Position numbers and translations under genes: made by a program. A stretch of 64,000 bases of DNA from Pocillopora damicornis (lineage: Eukaryota). The first letter of the stretch is position 1. Each line of letters starts with the position of its first letter. Below, in pieces: positions 28,687-42,400 of this stretch. The stretch spans positions 62,001-126,000 of the forward strand of contig NW_020843846.1 in the NCBI RefSeq assembly GCF_003704095.1, written 5' to 3'. The notes below the pieces were generated by a model. That model did no database searches. It was not told where the DNA came from and was given only the letters and a program-made list of their open reading frames with translations.

Positions 28687-30347
28687 GCGGTGGGAGTGTA
28701 TAACGGGGTAATTTAGTATTATTAACTGAGTTGATAACGAAAATTGGCCAACGTAAAGAGTTTAAAAGCTGACGTTTCGAGCGTTAGCCCTTCGTCAGAG
28801 TGAGTTTAGCCAAAGCTATTTAAGCAAGTTTCTCCTTCAGACGTATATAAAATCGAAGACTTTATTGCATTCAACTCTTGCACACCGTGTGTGTGCTCTA
28901 TGTGCTTTTGCATAATGTACCAGCTTACTTAAATATGCTTACACACAATATAACTTACAATAGGTGTTAATTATCACGTAGTAATATGTTACACTCCTCG
29001 CCTGCTTTTCTTTACCAGCTTCTCAAACTGCATTTTCCCTAAGTCTCTCTCGTTCTTTCTGGTTGTCGTCCGGCCATTGGGAAAACTATTCAATCAACCC
29101 CAAAAATCTCTTATTAATATTATCATCTCATGCCATACAAAAGAGACTTCAAAAGCATTGTATAACCATGAATTATGAATGAAGAGATCAACGGCTCTAT
29201 GGGTAGTCATTCTAAGTTAGCATAATGAGTGATTTACTTTTCTCGTTTAACAATTAAAATCTTATCTTTATTAAAACTCTTTTATTTTACAAAAACGTGG
29301 ATGCCTCCTGTCATTGACCATGCGCAAAAGGTTATGGCAATCATGTACAAGAACACCCACAAAGCATTTGGGTCTCTTCGTTCATTTCCAGCGCTTTTTA
29401 ATTGTCAAGGTTTTTACAATGTGGTATATAAAGGCTTTGCACCCAGGTAACACGCTTCTTTGCGACCTAAGTTTTTCTCCTGTTTTCGTTTTAACCGATC
29501 TCTTAGCCGTGAATGTTTTCTGTTTTTGTTTTGTTTTTGTTTTTTTCATTTTTGCACCCTTCACCTCTTTGCAACTTATTTCAAGTAATTCTGTAAACTT
29601 TGTTTTTACTCCTGTTCCTCTTGTGATTACCCTTAAAGAAAGGGTACATCCCACCACCTTGATCAAGAGATAACATGATTTGTGATGCAATTTTCGCAGG
29701 AATGTCACCAACGTGGCGGCGAACTTTACTATCAGATTCAAAGGAACTGAGTACAGAGAGATAGAACCGCTCCAGACAAGCCTCGTGTCGCAAAGCATGC
29801 TGGGTAATCGACCCATAAGATTACTTTCCAAACTGACAGCTAATGACAGTAAGTCCGTCTCCTCTCTTTGTGACAACAAGTCGGCTGTAAGCAAACCTCG
29901 AGGTTTTTTGTTAATGCTGAAATCGAGAACAATCTGACATTTTCGGGTGAAGCAAGAAAATCGCGAGACCGAGAATGGAAATCATCGCAAACTAAGTTTC
30001 AGTTCTTGCAAAATTTAATTTGGAAGTTTAAACTCTATTCCAGAGTCTTAATCATATAGTTTCACAAGACTGTTTAACTAGCAATGTTTTTACTCAGGAT
30101 AATTAGCAAAGTACCAAATGAATAGCATAAATTATTAGCGCGTACAGAGTAAAGAAAAGTGACTCCTATTCTCTGGACGCTTTGATTCCCCCATCAATAG
30201 TCCGCTTCAGTTGGTTATTTAGAGAGCTTCAAGAAAACTTAGATGTGATCAATCGGTATTACAATCTACTGTTTTAGAATTTTTTGTGAACTGTATTATG
30301 TATACTGTAACTGTAGAGAACACAGTTTCTTAAGGTTCTCTTTGAGC

Positions 30348-30402
<55 letters not shown>

Positions 30403-33400
30403 TAATAATAATAATAATAAGACGTTCTAGCTTCCCTGCTGAGTTCAATCTGAACCGAGACCTAGATATTTCAGTTTAAACTAATTACACCGTTTCATCG
30501 AAAAGTAAACCTTATATTTTTCTCACGCCTGTAATGTTGTATCGTCACAACTTGTTCACATTTCTTGCAGTTTACATCCACTCGCTCCACGTAACAGCAC
30601 AGAACAAAAGCTCGACTTCTCTGGCAGTGTCTTGGAATTATCCTGAACAATTAATTCATGGCATTTTTTGCGCGGTCGACATCTCGTACCGTGTAATTAA
30701 CTCAGTAGAGAGACAGATTGTCGGAGTTACGTCTGGGTCGACAGAATTTGAGGTTAAAAACCTAAAGCCTTATACTTTATACGCCATAACTGTCACGCCT
30801 TTTACTCACGAAGGAAAAGGAAAGGAAAGCGATGAGGCGATTGCAAGAACATCCGAAGGTGGTAAGTTATAAACGCGGGTGAATAATTAAAAATTGGACA
30901 CGTTTTGGGATTGAAGTCTACAGATGTACTCAAATTTGAGGTTCACAAACGGAAAATGCACTCAAAAGCGTTCACAGCCAGAACGTTTGCATACTAACAT
31001 AGGTGCCACGAACTCTTTCGATTGCTTGATTATCAACTCGAGTTCCAGAAACTTAAAGTAGCAAGTAAGACCAGTATGAATGGGAATTCTTTCTCAGGTA
31101 ACCTTCCTTATTTCAAATCTCACTGTCAACCGCTTACGCGTCCACATGTGGAAAATATGAGGCTGTGTTACAAGTCAGTCTTTTCGAAATCCGACTCCAC
31201 ATCAAAGATACCAAATTAGGAGAATCTTCTAGATACTATCCTTTTAATGATCTGGGTTTCTCTTTTGAATAATTTTTTTCTTCGTTCCAACTTTGCCACC
31301 ACTGTCATGTCACCACCATGTTACAAGTTAGTCCTTTTGAAATCCCACTCCATGTAACACCACAGTTCAGAAATCCCACTCCACACAAAAGACACCAAAT
31401 TGGGAGAATCTTCTCAATATTTCCCTTTTTCATGATTTGGGTCTCTCTTCTCTTTCATTTTTCCCAGTTCCAACCTCGCCACCGCTGAACGTGAAGGTCT
31501 TCGTCAACAAATCTACCGAGAAGCTAGAAGTCTCATGGGAGCCACTTCCTTCGGAGCACCGTCTCGGTATTATTCTAGGTTACAAAATCACATATGTTCC
31601 ACAAAGTGGTGGAAATTCACGGGGCATGGTGGTGAACACTTCCAGTCTCTCAACAGAACTACAAAACCTTCCGAAAGGGATACCTTACGTGATAGAAATT
31701 ACAGCGTTTAATAGCGTTGGCGAAGGTCCACCAAGTCCAGCAATTGTGGCTAGATCACCCGAAGGAGGTAAGAATCATTTTTGTCTAAACATCTTATTAC
31801 ATACAACATAGTCTTTATGATTGCTCTTTCTTTAGCAATTTCCCTCTTCCCAAATGCAAAGTAGGGTTAGAATGCAGCAACAATACATTTCAACCTTAAA
31901 AAAAACCACGCAGCACAGTGTTTCTCTGCATGAAGCTTAACGAAATTTCTAAAAAAGGTTACTCGTGGTTTTCATAGTAAACTTAACCATTTTTCAACCA
32001 AGAAAGTATTGCGTAACTTCTCTGTTATAACACTTATGACACTATTCACGATTGACCTCCGTTCAAGGAACACAAAATTTTGTTTTTACGAGAAAATGCT
32101 GTAGTAACCGTCGAAATTATAACGTTCATCGAAGAAAACCCTCTAATTAAGGGACACCTTTTTATGTAAATTGGTCACCGTAAAGAGTTTCTAAGCAAAC
32201 GTTTAAAGCGTGAGCACATTGTCAGAGCGAATGAACGAAGGGTGAAAGCTCGAAGAGTTAGCTTAGAAAATCTTTGCGGTGGCCATTTTACATTATCAAC
32301 TTAGTTGATAAAGACGGTTAAGAATATATGAAAGTCATATATTTGAACTGCGGATAAAGACGTGAATGAAAGTGATCCTCGCAGTGATGTGCACTACTTA
32401 GGCAGTAGTGAAAATAAGGCCTGAAAAACGACTGTATATAAAACGATAGGTAACCTTCTGGGCTGCATTCTGAATGAGGGTCTCACTGTTTATAGCCTCC
32501 AATGTCTCACTTCACCTTGATTTATCTTGTTTATACTAGTTCCCAGCCTTGCGCCTCCAGTAGTTATGGCCCACAGCACGAGCTACACAAGCGTAACAGT
32601 AAAATGGATGGCTATTCCAAAGGAAAACACCAATGGAATTATAATGGGTCATGTTGTTGTAGTTGAGGAAATCGATAAATCTTTCTATGTCTGCAAAAAA
32701 AATTTTACCCAGGAGATCCATGGACTGGAGAAATCTAAGGTTTATAAAATCAAAGTGGCAAGCTTCACATCAAAGGGCTTCAGTAACTTCAGTGATTACG
32801 TCACAGTGATTACTAGCGAGGATGGTAGGTTTTTACGCTGGCAAAGAACAACTCCATGATGTCTTTACTATCTCTCTTAACAGAAAATTTGGAGAACTAC
32901 CGAAATGAGTGCATTTCAATCAAACCAAACTATCGGGCTTTCCCATTTTCTTTAACGCAGCACCTCACTCATAATAGTAATACCACAAAAGTAACGGTCA
33001 GCTCTACCAGGAACTAGTTTTATTATTCTCATAATCTAGCCAACCCTTTTGAACACGTACTTGTTCTAAACAAGCACTTGTTCAAGAGGATTTGCAAACT
33101 TAAGATTTAAGCGTTTTGTAACGTGTTGTGATGGTTTCAGATGCTCATGACTTAGCGCTGCACAAAAGTTTCCCGCCCTTTCTTTTTTGTTTCTCATGCA
33201 TTACGTAACGGCTTGCAAATGAGACCGCTATCTTGTTCCGCCGCGGAACCATGCCCGCGCTTTGGCCTAACGATTGCCCAACCAAAAATGAGTCTTCCCA
33301 GTTTTTTTATCACTATCTTTCATAGGTTTCTTGGCTGCCTCTCTCTCTCTCTATTTACTCTATGTTAGGGAAATATTAAATTTTTGATCTGTTTTTACCT

Positions 33401-36400
33401 GGTTTCTTCTGATAGATTGTAACGCCATTGGAATGGAAGACCATAACATAACAGAGTCACAAATAACTGCATCCTCTTTACAAAATGGCGCAACCAACGC
33501 TCGACTGAATTTCAAACCAACGAATCTACTCGCCACTGGAGCCTGGTGTGCTGCCCCGGATGATACAAGCCAACCGTGGCTTCAAATTGACTTTCAAGAC
33601 AAAGTAACTTTAAGCCAAGTAGCCATTCAAGGCAGATTTTATGATGGCAGCGCAGTTAGTAGCAGTTTCTTTCACTGGGTGGAAAAGTACTCATTAAATT
33701 ACAGCCTCGATGGGATGTATTTCAAAGCTTATAAACAGTTTGATGATGTTAAGGTATCATCGTTGCTCATAAGTTATATTTTGTTATTTCCCTCCTTACT
33801 TTTTGAAGTACAAGTCTCTTGTTACCCAAATTGTAAGCTATTTCAAAATATGAACTCCTAGTTTTTCTTCAGTGAGGATTCTTTGAAGTTCGAAATATTC
33901 GAAACTTGACTGAACCCTCTGCATGGACCATAGTTCATTGCAACCATAGGTTAAATACACATATCTTATTGGACGTTTGGATGTGTAGTATCGCTGAGTA
34001 TTTTTATGAGTTGTGCCATACTTTTACAATGGTTTCGTCCAGGAAAAGTGCTATTATAAAACCCCAGACCTATTCTAAAGGTCACTCTTTGGATACTGTT
34101 TTGTCTTCTTGGAAACGAAAAAATCTTCCGCAAAAACACGTCCACAGTTCGTTCCTGATATGGTGTTCATGAAAAATCTCTCTCGTTTACGTCTCCACAG
34201 CTCATTCTCAGACACAGTCTTCTTTTTCTTGGAAGTGCGTTCCCCTTAAAGAGGCACGTTTAGGGGATCCACTTCCATTTACATTAACGAATTTCCACCG
34301 TTCTGTCCCTCCGCAGATATTTCAAGGTAACTGGGATAGCAACACCGTAGTTTTTAACTCCATAACACCAGTGATCTACACGCGGTATATTCGTATTTTG
34401 CCAAAATCGTGGGAAGGGAACCCATGCATAAGAGCTGAGTTCTTTACCTGTCATAAAGGTAACTTAATTAAATTCATCATTATCACTTTGTAAAATAGAA
34501 TTTGATATATTGTAATCAGTTAATTTTTTCGTCGAATTTCGTTCCCAATATTTTCCTGTGGAGTAATCACTCCAAGGGCATAGCATTGGCTTAATAAATA
34601 AGCCTGTCCACAAACCAGGTACATAAACAGAGGCGCTGAGAGCTTAGGGTGCAAAAGGAAGTGACAGTTACACTTCTGCTCTTTGGAGTAAAGATGACGT
34701 GTTACTGTAACCGTGATGTTGTAGGGAACAAGATGAGATACGGCGCAATTAAGGTATAAAACAACAGAAATTATAATAATTCTCAGAGAGAAACCAAAAA
34801 CAATACTAAAATGATGTTCAAGCGACTCCGTTTTCACAAAAATTATCTGTGTGAGTGAAATACAAAGCAGGTAAAATAACCTTATTGACTAATAAACGTG
34901 AGTAGCAAGCAAAGAGTAAAGGAAAATGTAAAAAAAAACCTTCTGTCTTGGAAACTTTGTGCCTACAAGAATTCCTTGCAATTTTGTCTCTCACTAAAAA
35001 CTTGTGATTTGACTTCCACTAGAAATCACGTTAGAAAAAGTTAATATAACGTCCTCTGTTGCGAGCTCAACTGGTGTCGGTCTCCAATGGAAGCCACCGG
35101 ATACGCTAAAGTTGGGCGAACATGTAAAGAGTTATGTAATAGAAATAGTTGATTTGCTGAGAGGAGAAAGCTTTAACTACACGGTTAACTCGTCCATGAC
35201 AAGTGCAGACCTGAACATTTTGAAACCATACACGCCCTATGAATTCAAAGTTTATGGTGTCACAAGTTCATGGGAAGGAAATATCACTGATGTTATCAGC
35301 ATAAAAACACAAGAAGACGGTAGGTTGAGATGAATAACATATCTTAAGGCTTAAGCGGAGGTGGGATTGGATCGAGGCCTCTTAAAACTCCCTGAGCATG
35401 AAATGATAAGGAAGAACTGCTAGACTAGAACTGCTAAGCGTTGTGCACGTCCATCGCCGGTAACTCTCATCATTTCGTTTGATCACTATTACTTCTTACT
35501 CAAGTGCCAGCTGGTATATTCACCGAGAGTTGGACTGTTTATCTGAACATTTATTTCATTGGTTTATCGATGCTCAACAAGGGACGACGAACAGTCCATT
35601 AGGCTCACGCTCAACCAGCCACTCGTCCTTTCTGTCTTTCATGATCGAGTTGATACAGGAGTAAAACATCTTCTAAGTTTTATTTCATTGAAGAGTAACG
35701 GAAAATTAAAGTTCCACTCTGGGTCAGTTAATTCAATGAAAAAATTTTTTGTTCTTGTGTACGTTGTTTATCAACAGTTTAATAAACCCTGAGAGTGACT
35801 CTATACCAGATAATTTTTAATATTTCTATTTTCATCTTTACTCAATGCTTGTGTAAACTCAACAGCTCCCAGCGAACCTCCGAGGAACTTCAGTATTAAA
35901 CACAGCACTGAGTCGGAATTAACCTTCCAGCTGAAACCAGTCGACAAGTACCATATCAATGGTGTACTTCGGGGGTATAAAGTCACCTATGGTAAAAGCA
36001 ATTCTCCAAATCACACCTGGACGACCTTGCTTATCAACGCTACTCACAACAGGCGCAGGAAAAGAAGTACTGAGAACGAAACATTGGGCTTCATTCTCAC
36101 CAACTTAGAAAGTTACTCAACTTACACAGTCACGGTGTTGGCATTCACTGTAAAAGATGGCGTCCCAACTTTGGCAGCAAATTTTACCACAGCACAAGAT
36201 GGTATGACACCATTGCATCTGAAAACGAATGAATCTTGAACGAAGTTTACGGAATATGTGGTGTGGTATTAGGGTTGTGATAAGTCTGACTCATACATGT
36301 TTTTCTAAAACAAGCTATGTTTTCAAAAGGTTATTCAACCTATGACCAAACCTCTACCACCTACCCGCACCTTGATATATCATGACTGACTGTGTTAGAT

Positions 36401-39400
36401 TAGATAAGATCGTTTCTCAATTACCATACGACATATCATCATAAATAACCGCTGAAACTTCAGGAAAACTGACAATCGATGTTTGCATTCGAGGAATTTC
36501 CACTGAATTAAATTCTCATAGGGGAGTGGTATTTGTCACACTTATACGAACAAATGTCAGAGAAGTAAGTCGAGTACAGATCACTTTTCGTCATTTCGTT
36601 GGTTTTTTTCTTTGCCTCAATGGTGCTGATTAGAACCATTTCTGGAATAAAATGTTTTAGGTTACATATTGAACTACAAGGAATGGAATACTATCTACCT
36701 GTGTGTTCATTGTAAGTGACGGTAATCATTCCTTTCTACGCTTTAAGTACCAGATCATCCGCCAACAAACGTGACCGCGTTCAATACCAGTTCCACGAGT
36801 ATTAACGTCACCTGGCAGCCCATCCCTCCAGATCATACGCATGGGATTATCCTGACGTATCAAGTTAAATACTGGAGACGTGATAAACCAAATGATAACG
36901 TTTCCAACGTCACAGTAAACAGTACAGAACTACAAGTGGAACTGAAAGGATTGGGAAAGTACAAAGAATATTCAATTCAAGTCGCTGGATCAACGGTGGT
37001 TGGTTTGGGGAATTACTCGGAAGTTGTTTTTGTGCGAACTGAACAAGACGGTATGTAACCCATTTCTCAGTAGGCAACAATTTGTTCATGTGCTTACTCA
37101 TCTTATTAGCTTTTTCTTGAATTGTGGTAATAAATTCCATTATCGAGGAAATAGCTTTTCAATATAAATTTTTCAGTAGACTTTAAGAAGGACAAGTACC
37201 ATAGTGCCATCCCAGAACTTAAACCATCGCTCAAACTCACTTTACGTATAACAATCTAAATTTTTCTCCAAACCAGTTTTTTCTTGTTACCGCAGTCCCA
37301 GATGAGCCGCCAGTCAACATCAGAGCAAAAGGAATAGAACCCACTTTATTAAAAGTCCATTGGTCTCCTGTGCCTTACGAAACCATTAATGGAATTGGCA
37401 TCGGTTACAAGCTCATCCTTATCCACATAAATGGAACCATTCTAAGAAATTTCACATTAAATACCTCAGCCCTCACGATAGACATCACCGGTTTAGAAAT
37501 ATGGACGAATTACACCATAAAGATGACAGCTTTCACTGTCATGGGAGATGGCCCTTGGAGTGATTTTATAAAAGAAGATACAGATGAAGAAGGTAAACCA
37601 GCAGCTCATCATTTAAATCAGGCTTAAATGCGTCACTTAAGCATACCCCCTAAAAATAGCCATATCTCGCTATTTAAGAAATTGAAATGCATGCTTACTA
37701 AGAATTTCCTAACCAAAGTTCTAAGGTATATTCAACAGCAGAGCGTTGGGCTTCATTCTCAATTACACGATATTTCCTAGTGGCGTTTGTGGGTAAAACC
37801 ACGCTTAAAGATACTGTTCAGTCGAGCGAGCAAAAGGAAATAATTCTTAAATCTTTTTTCATAGCTCCATTCAAACCTCCAGCTAATTTGACAGGAGAAG
37901 CAAAAAGTTCGACATCAATCTTTGTTCAGTGGAGTTCACTTGTTCTACCAAATCTCCGGGGTATTCTCCGAGGTTACACGGTTTATTACAAAGAAGCGCC
38001 AAGTTCTGTTCATCCAAGTGTGTTAAAAAACGTGTCAGTTGGCATATCTGTGACTGAAGTTGAGCTAACCGGCTTATACAAATTTACCAAGTATCAAATC
38101 TGGGCAACAGCCTTTACGACCACAGACGGGTTGCCGAGTAACTCTTTATTTGTAACAACACAAGAGGACAGTAAGTTTTTCTTCTTCAAACTGCCTTTTT
38201 TAAGCATGCATTGCTGACAAGTTTCTTCCTTCAAATTCAACTCAAGCACTAACTTGTCGTTGTCTCGTCATCAATAGCTCCGGACCGACCTCCTCTATAC
38301 ATCACATACTTGGCTCCAAGCTCCACCAGTCTCTTTGTTGAATGGGGTGCAATCCCTCCGCAGTTTGAAAATGGCATCATAAGGGGGTTCAAAATTCAAT
38401 TCCATGAGATTCCATTCAATGGCACAGTGGAAGAGAGGGAAGGCCAACCACTTCTCCGCTGGATGATTCTTGATAATTTAAAGAAATTTACTTTCTACTC
38501 TATTCAAGTTCGTGCCTTCACAACTGAGGGATATGGACCTGAAAACAAACTTAAAGCACGGACGGGTCAAGACGGTATGTTTCTTTCGTATGACGTTATT
38601 GATTGTAAAAACTGGGAATCATACAAGATTCTTGATGGCAGGTTATTTTCATATTATGTAAATTATATGGGCTGACTGGGATTTTATACTCAAAATAATT
38701 ATAGCAATTTTGTTTTTCCTTTTGGTCTTTTACTGACAACCGTTAAAAATGCTGCTTTCCAGTCCCCAGTAAACCTCCACAGAGTATAACTACTGAAAGT
38801 CACGTAACATTGACAACAATTCCAGTTGCCTGGAAACCAATCGTTCCAGATCATATCAATGGCATATTGCTTGGTTACAAGATTAGGTACCAGGCCGTTG
38901 AGATTGGCGAGGAGTCAGTTGAAGACAAACCTATCAGGGAGCAGATAGTGAATTCCTCTACTTTGTCTCTGGTGCTGACAAATCTTGAGATTTTTATCTT
39001 GTACCGGATTGATGTTGTGGGATTTACGATCATGGGCGACGGCCCGCCGGCCACGGATTATGCAGGTTTGTCACGTTCTCGACGGAATGGTGATAATATG
39101 TGATAATATCTCTTATTTTAAAAATTACAATTATTTACAGAAACCTGTCGCTGTCATAAGCGGCTCACAACAAGTTGGTACGAATTTCAACCATATGTCC
39201 GATTGTCCGAAAACGGTCTCCCAGACGGACTTATTCCACCTATCCTTAGCGATCTAGCAGTCACGTGCTGCGAAACCTGTCAATCACATGGTAAATCTTA
39301 CGTGGACATGAATTTAAATGGGTTCAATGTGTCAGCAATGTTCCCGAGTCTACGTGCACTACGGAACGGTATAGAAAATCCCACAGACTTTTTCTTTCCG

Positions 39401-42400
39401 GTGTACGGCTTTAAAGACCAGACACATTTTGCCAAACAGTTTGGTTACCAAGGAATAGTTGAATCACCTGGAATGGCGTTCATAGTTAACACAAACTCCC
39501 AGGATAATATGCCCAATGCTGTCCTGGTAAACATAGCGTCCTGTTGGCCAGCGGTGATGTTGGCTTTGGTAATCACGTACTTGGCAGGGCTGGTCGTATG
39601 GTTTGTGGTAAGTCGATCATTCGGTTTCACTGCATAACGACTGAGGATTGCACAATATTGAGAGCTACCAAGACAGTCTGTGAGGTTAATTCCTGGTCAA
39701 AGATCATGATATTTGTCGTCAAAAGATCCGAAGTGCGTCGCAAAATTGGCATTAGCAAGTTATAGCTTGTTCCAATGCAATTTCAATAAGGTACCCAACG
39801 ACAGAACACAAAACCATTGATGATTTGGGTAACTCTTGGTTTCTGAATTTGCACAGTGCAAAGCTTTAATCAGTGTTCCACTGTCTCCATACGTCGCATT
39901 TCTTTCGCCTCGATTAGCTGCACATTTTGGCGGGAATGGACTACTATATATGTCTTTCAATTGCTAAGGAATAAAAATTTGTTGTTGCCTTTTATTGTCA
40001 TTGTTGTTGACAGACTTGATCAACAACGAATAGTTAGAAAGGGAAATACAGAATCACTTTGATTTAACTCATTTTCCTTCCTTTCATGTGTGCAGGAGTC
40101 GGAGACCAATCCCCAAGACTTTCCACCATCGTTTATAGAGGGAGCGTATGAGTCGTTTTACTGGTCATTTGTATCCATGACAACTGTTGGGTGAGTGTCA
40201 ATCAAGTAATCTTTAGACTAAAATCGAGACTTGAGTCAATCCTTAAGGTCAATATCGATCTAGAAATTGAATGAAGTCTCCTTCTAGGTCGTAAGTGGTG
40301 GTGGACCCTTACTCCGTGAGTGTCTCAAGTCATATACTCACTGTAAAGTTTGGGATAGGACATGATCTAAAGGCCTACAAAATTATACCTTCTCTGAAAC
40401 GAGTTTGTAAATCGACATTCACAGATACGGCGATCGAGCACCAATAACCATCATAGGAAGAATCCTGGCTATAGTTGTCATTTTGTCCGGTTTAATAATC
40501 TTTGGAATTGTGAATGGCGCCATGGCAACGGCCATTACAAGTGTTACAATGGAAACAGATTACAAGATCTACGGAACTAAGGTAAAATAGAGATGGAGAA
40601 AACGAGTTTGATTTCGAAATGGCCACGCAGTTGCTCTTTTTACAGTTTCTCGTTTGGGTAACTGGTCTAACTTTCGAAAAACTAGGTCTATGCTGTTGGT
40701 ATCTGTCTGAGATGGAACACACAGAGATGTGCTTATTTTCTTATTTTCTCAGCAAATCAAAAAAACATCGCGCTGTATCATAACTAGGTAATTTCAATTC
40801 AATACCAACCTGATTATTCCATGTAAGAGTAAAGAGAAGTGTACATTGTTCCAACTGCTCCTGGCCTTGTACGATATTACGCTAGTAAGTTAATCCATGC
40901 TTAATATTGCGTCAACTGAGAGCCTTCCCATCCACTGCCTGTTTGGAAAAACGATTTTGCTCAGTAAACTCATTATTACGTCCCTGCCACGAAAGCGCTA
41001 TTTTTTATCCTACTGAGCGGAAAAAGTATATGAGATGGGGAAAATGGAAAATCATAAGAGCAGATCACGTGGTGCAAAGGTAGCGTTTGGGTCCTCGCAA
41101 ATGGAGAGACATGACTCTTCTACTAATGTAAGAGTTTATCCCACAGACTTGTCCCATACTATCATCAGTTATTAAAACATGGGAAAAAAATAGTGTCGTT
41201 TTAAAAATTAAACCAATTGATGTTAGGGCGATCAACTTCTCCCAAAGATTCCAATGATCAGCACCACCGGGAGGGTGTGCATGAGTTTAAGCTGTATTCG
41301 CCCCTTGTTTTTGTCCATGTAGAAGAAATTAGTTTAAATTTCTAAACGCTCATCTGTAAACAGTGACAGTTAGGAACTTCTAAGTATAAAATGTTACAAG
41401 GCTTCCATATTACATTTTACTTTCGCAGGTAGCAGCAATTGAGGGTTCTCCTGAATATCGAATGGGAGTAAGGAAAAATGCTAACATGGACAAAGGTAAC
41501 ACTACCTAAAACAATCGACGATATTTACCGTTGGAAGAAGCAATGGGTGGTAGAATTGGTAGAGCTATCAGCAGCAGTTTATAAAAAGCCTAAAAAGCAC
41601 CGCAAAGAGTATCATTGACAAAGANNNNNNNNNNNNNNNNNNNNNNNNNNNNNNNNNNNNNNNNNNNNNNNNNNNNNNNNNNNNNNNNNNNNNNNNNNNN
41701 NNNNNNNNNNNNNNNNNNNNNNNNNNNNNNNNNNNNNNNNNNNNNNNNNNNNNNNNNNNNNNNNNNNNNNNNNNNNNNNNNNNNNNNNNNNNNNNNNNNN
41801 NNNNNNNNNNNNNNNNNNNNNNNNNNNNNNNNNNNNNNNNNNNNNNNNNNNNNNNNNNNNNNNNNNNNNNNNNNNNNNNNNNNNNNNNNNNNNNNNNNNN
41901 NNNNNNNNNNNNNNNNNNNNNNNNNNNNNNNNNNNNNNNNNNNNNNNNNNNNNNNNNNNNNNNNNNNNNNNNNNNNNNNNNNNNNNNNNNNNNNNNNNNN
42001 NNNNNNNNNNNNNNNNNNNNNNNNNNNNNNNNNNNNNNNNNNNNNNNNNNNNNNNNNNNNNNNNNNNNNNNNNNNNNNNNNNNNNNNNNNNNNNNNNNNN
42101 NNNNNNNNNNNNNNNNNNNNNNNNNNNNNNNNNNNNNNNNNNNNNNNNNNNNNNNNNNNNNNNNNNNATCAGAGCAAGCTCTTATTTTTTCACTCGAAGG
42201 GTGGCCGATGTAGTTTCTGAGCTTGCTTTACTGCGATGACCGGAGATCGCCATGATGAGCGAGCCGCGATGGACTTCAGCATGATCATATTCGCTCTGAC
42301 ACCGTTGTGATTAGTATGAATGTTAACAGTTGTGCCAGTTTGGTTATATTTTTCATCATTTCTNNNNNNNNNNNNNNNNNNNNNNNNNNNNNNNNNNNNN

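Noticed and set aside
30571-39065. Receptor tyrosine phosphatase, DSCAM or sidekick annotation for the FN3 array
   Set aside because: The FN3 repeats resemble those proteins, but no Ig, phosphatase or kinase domain is present; a channel module follows instead.
591-40722. Numerous minus-strand ORFs overlapping exons
   Set aside because: Antisense shadows of + strand exons or intronic sequence, with no protein motifs.
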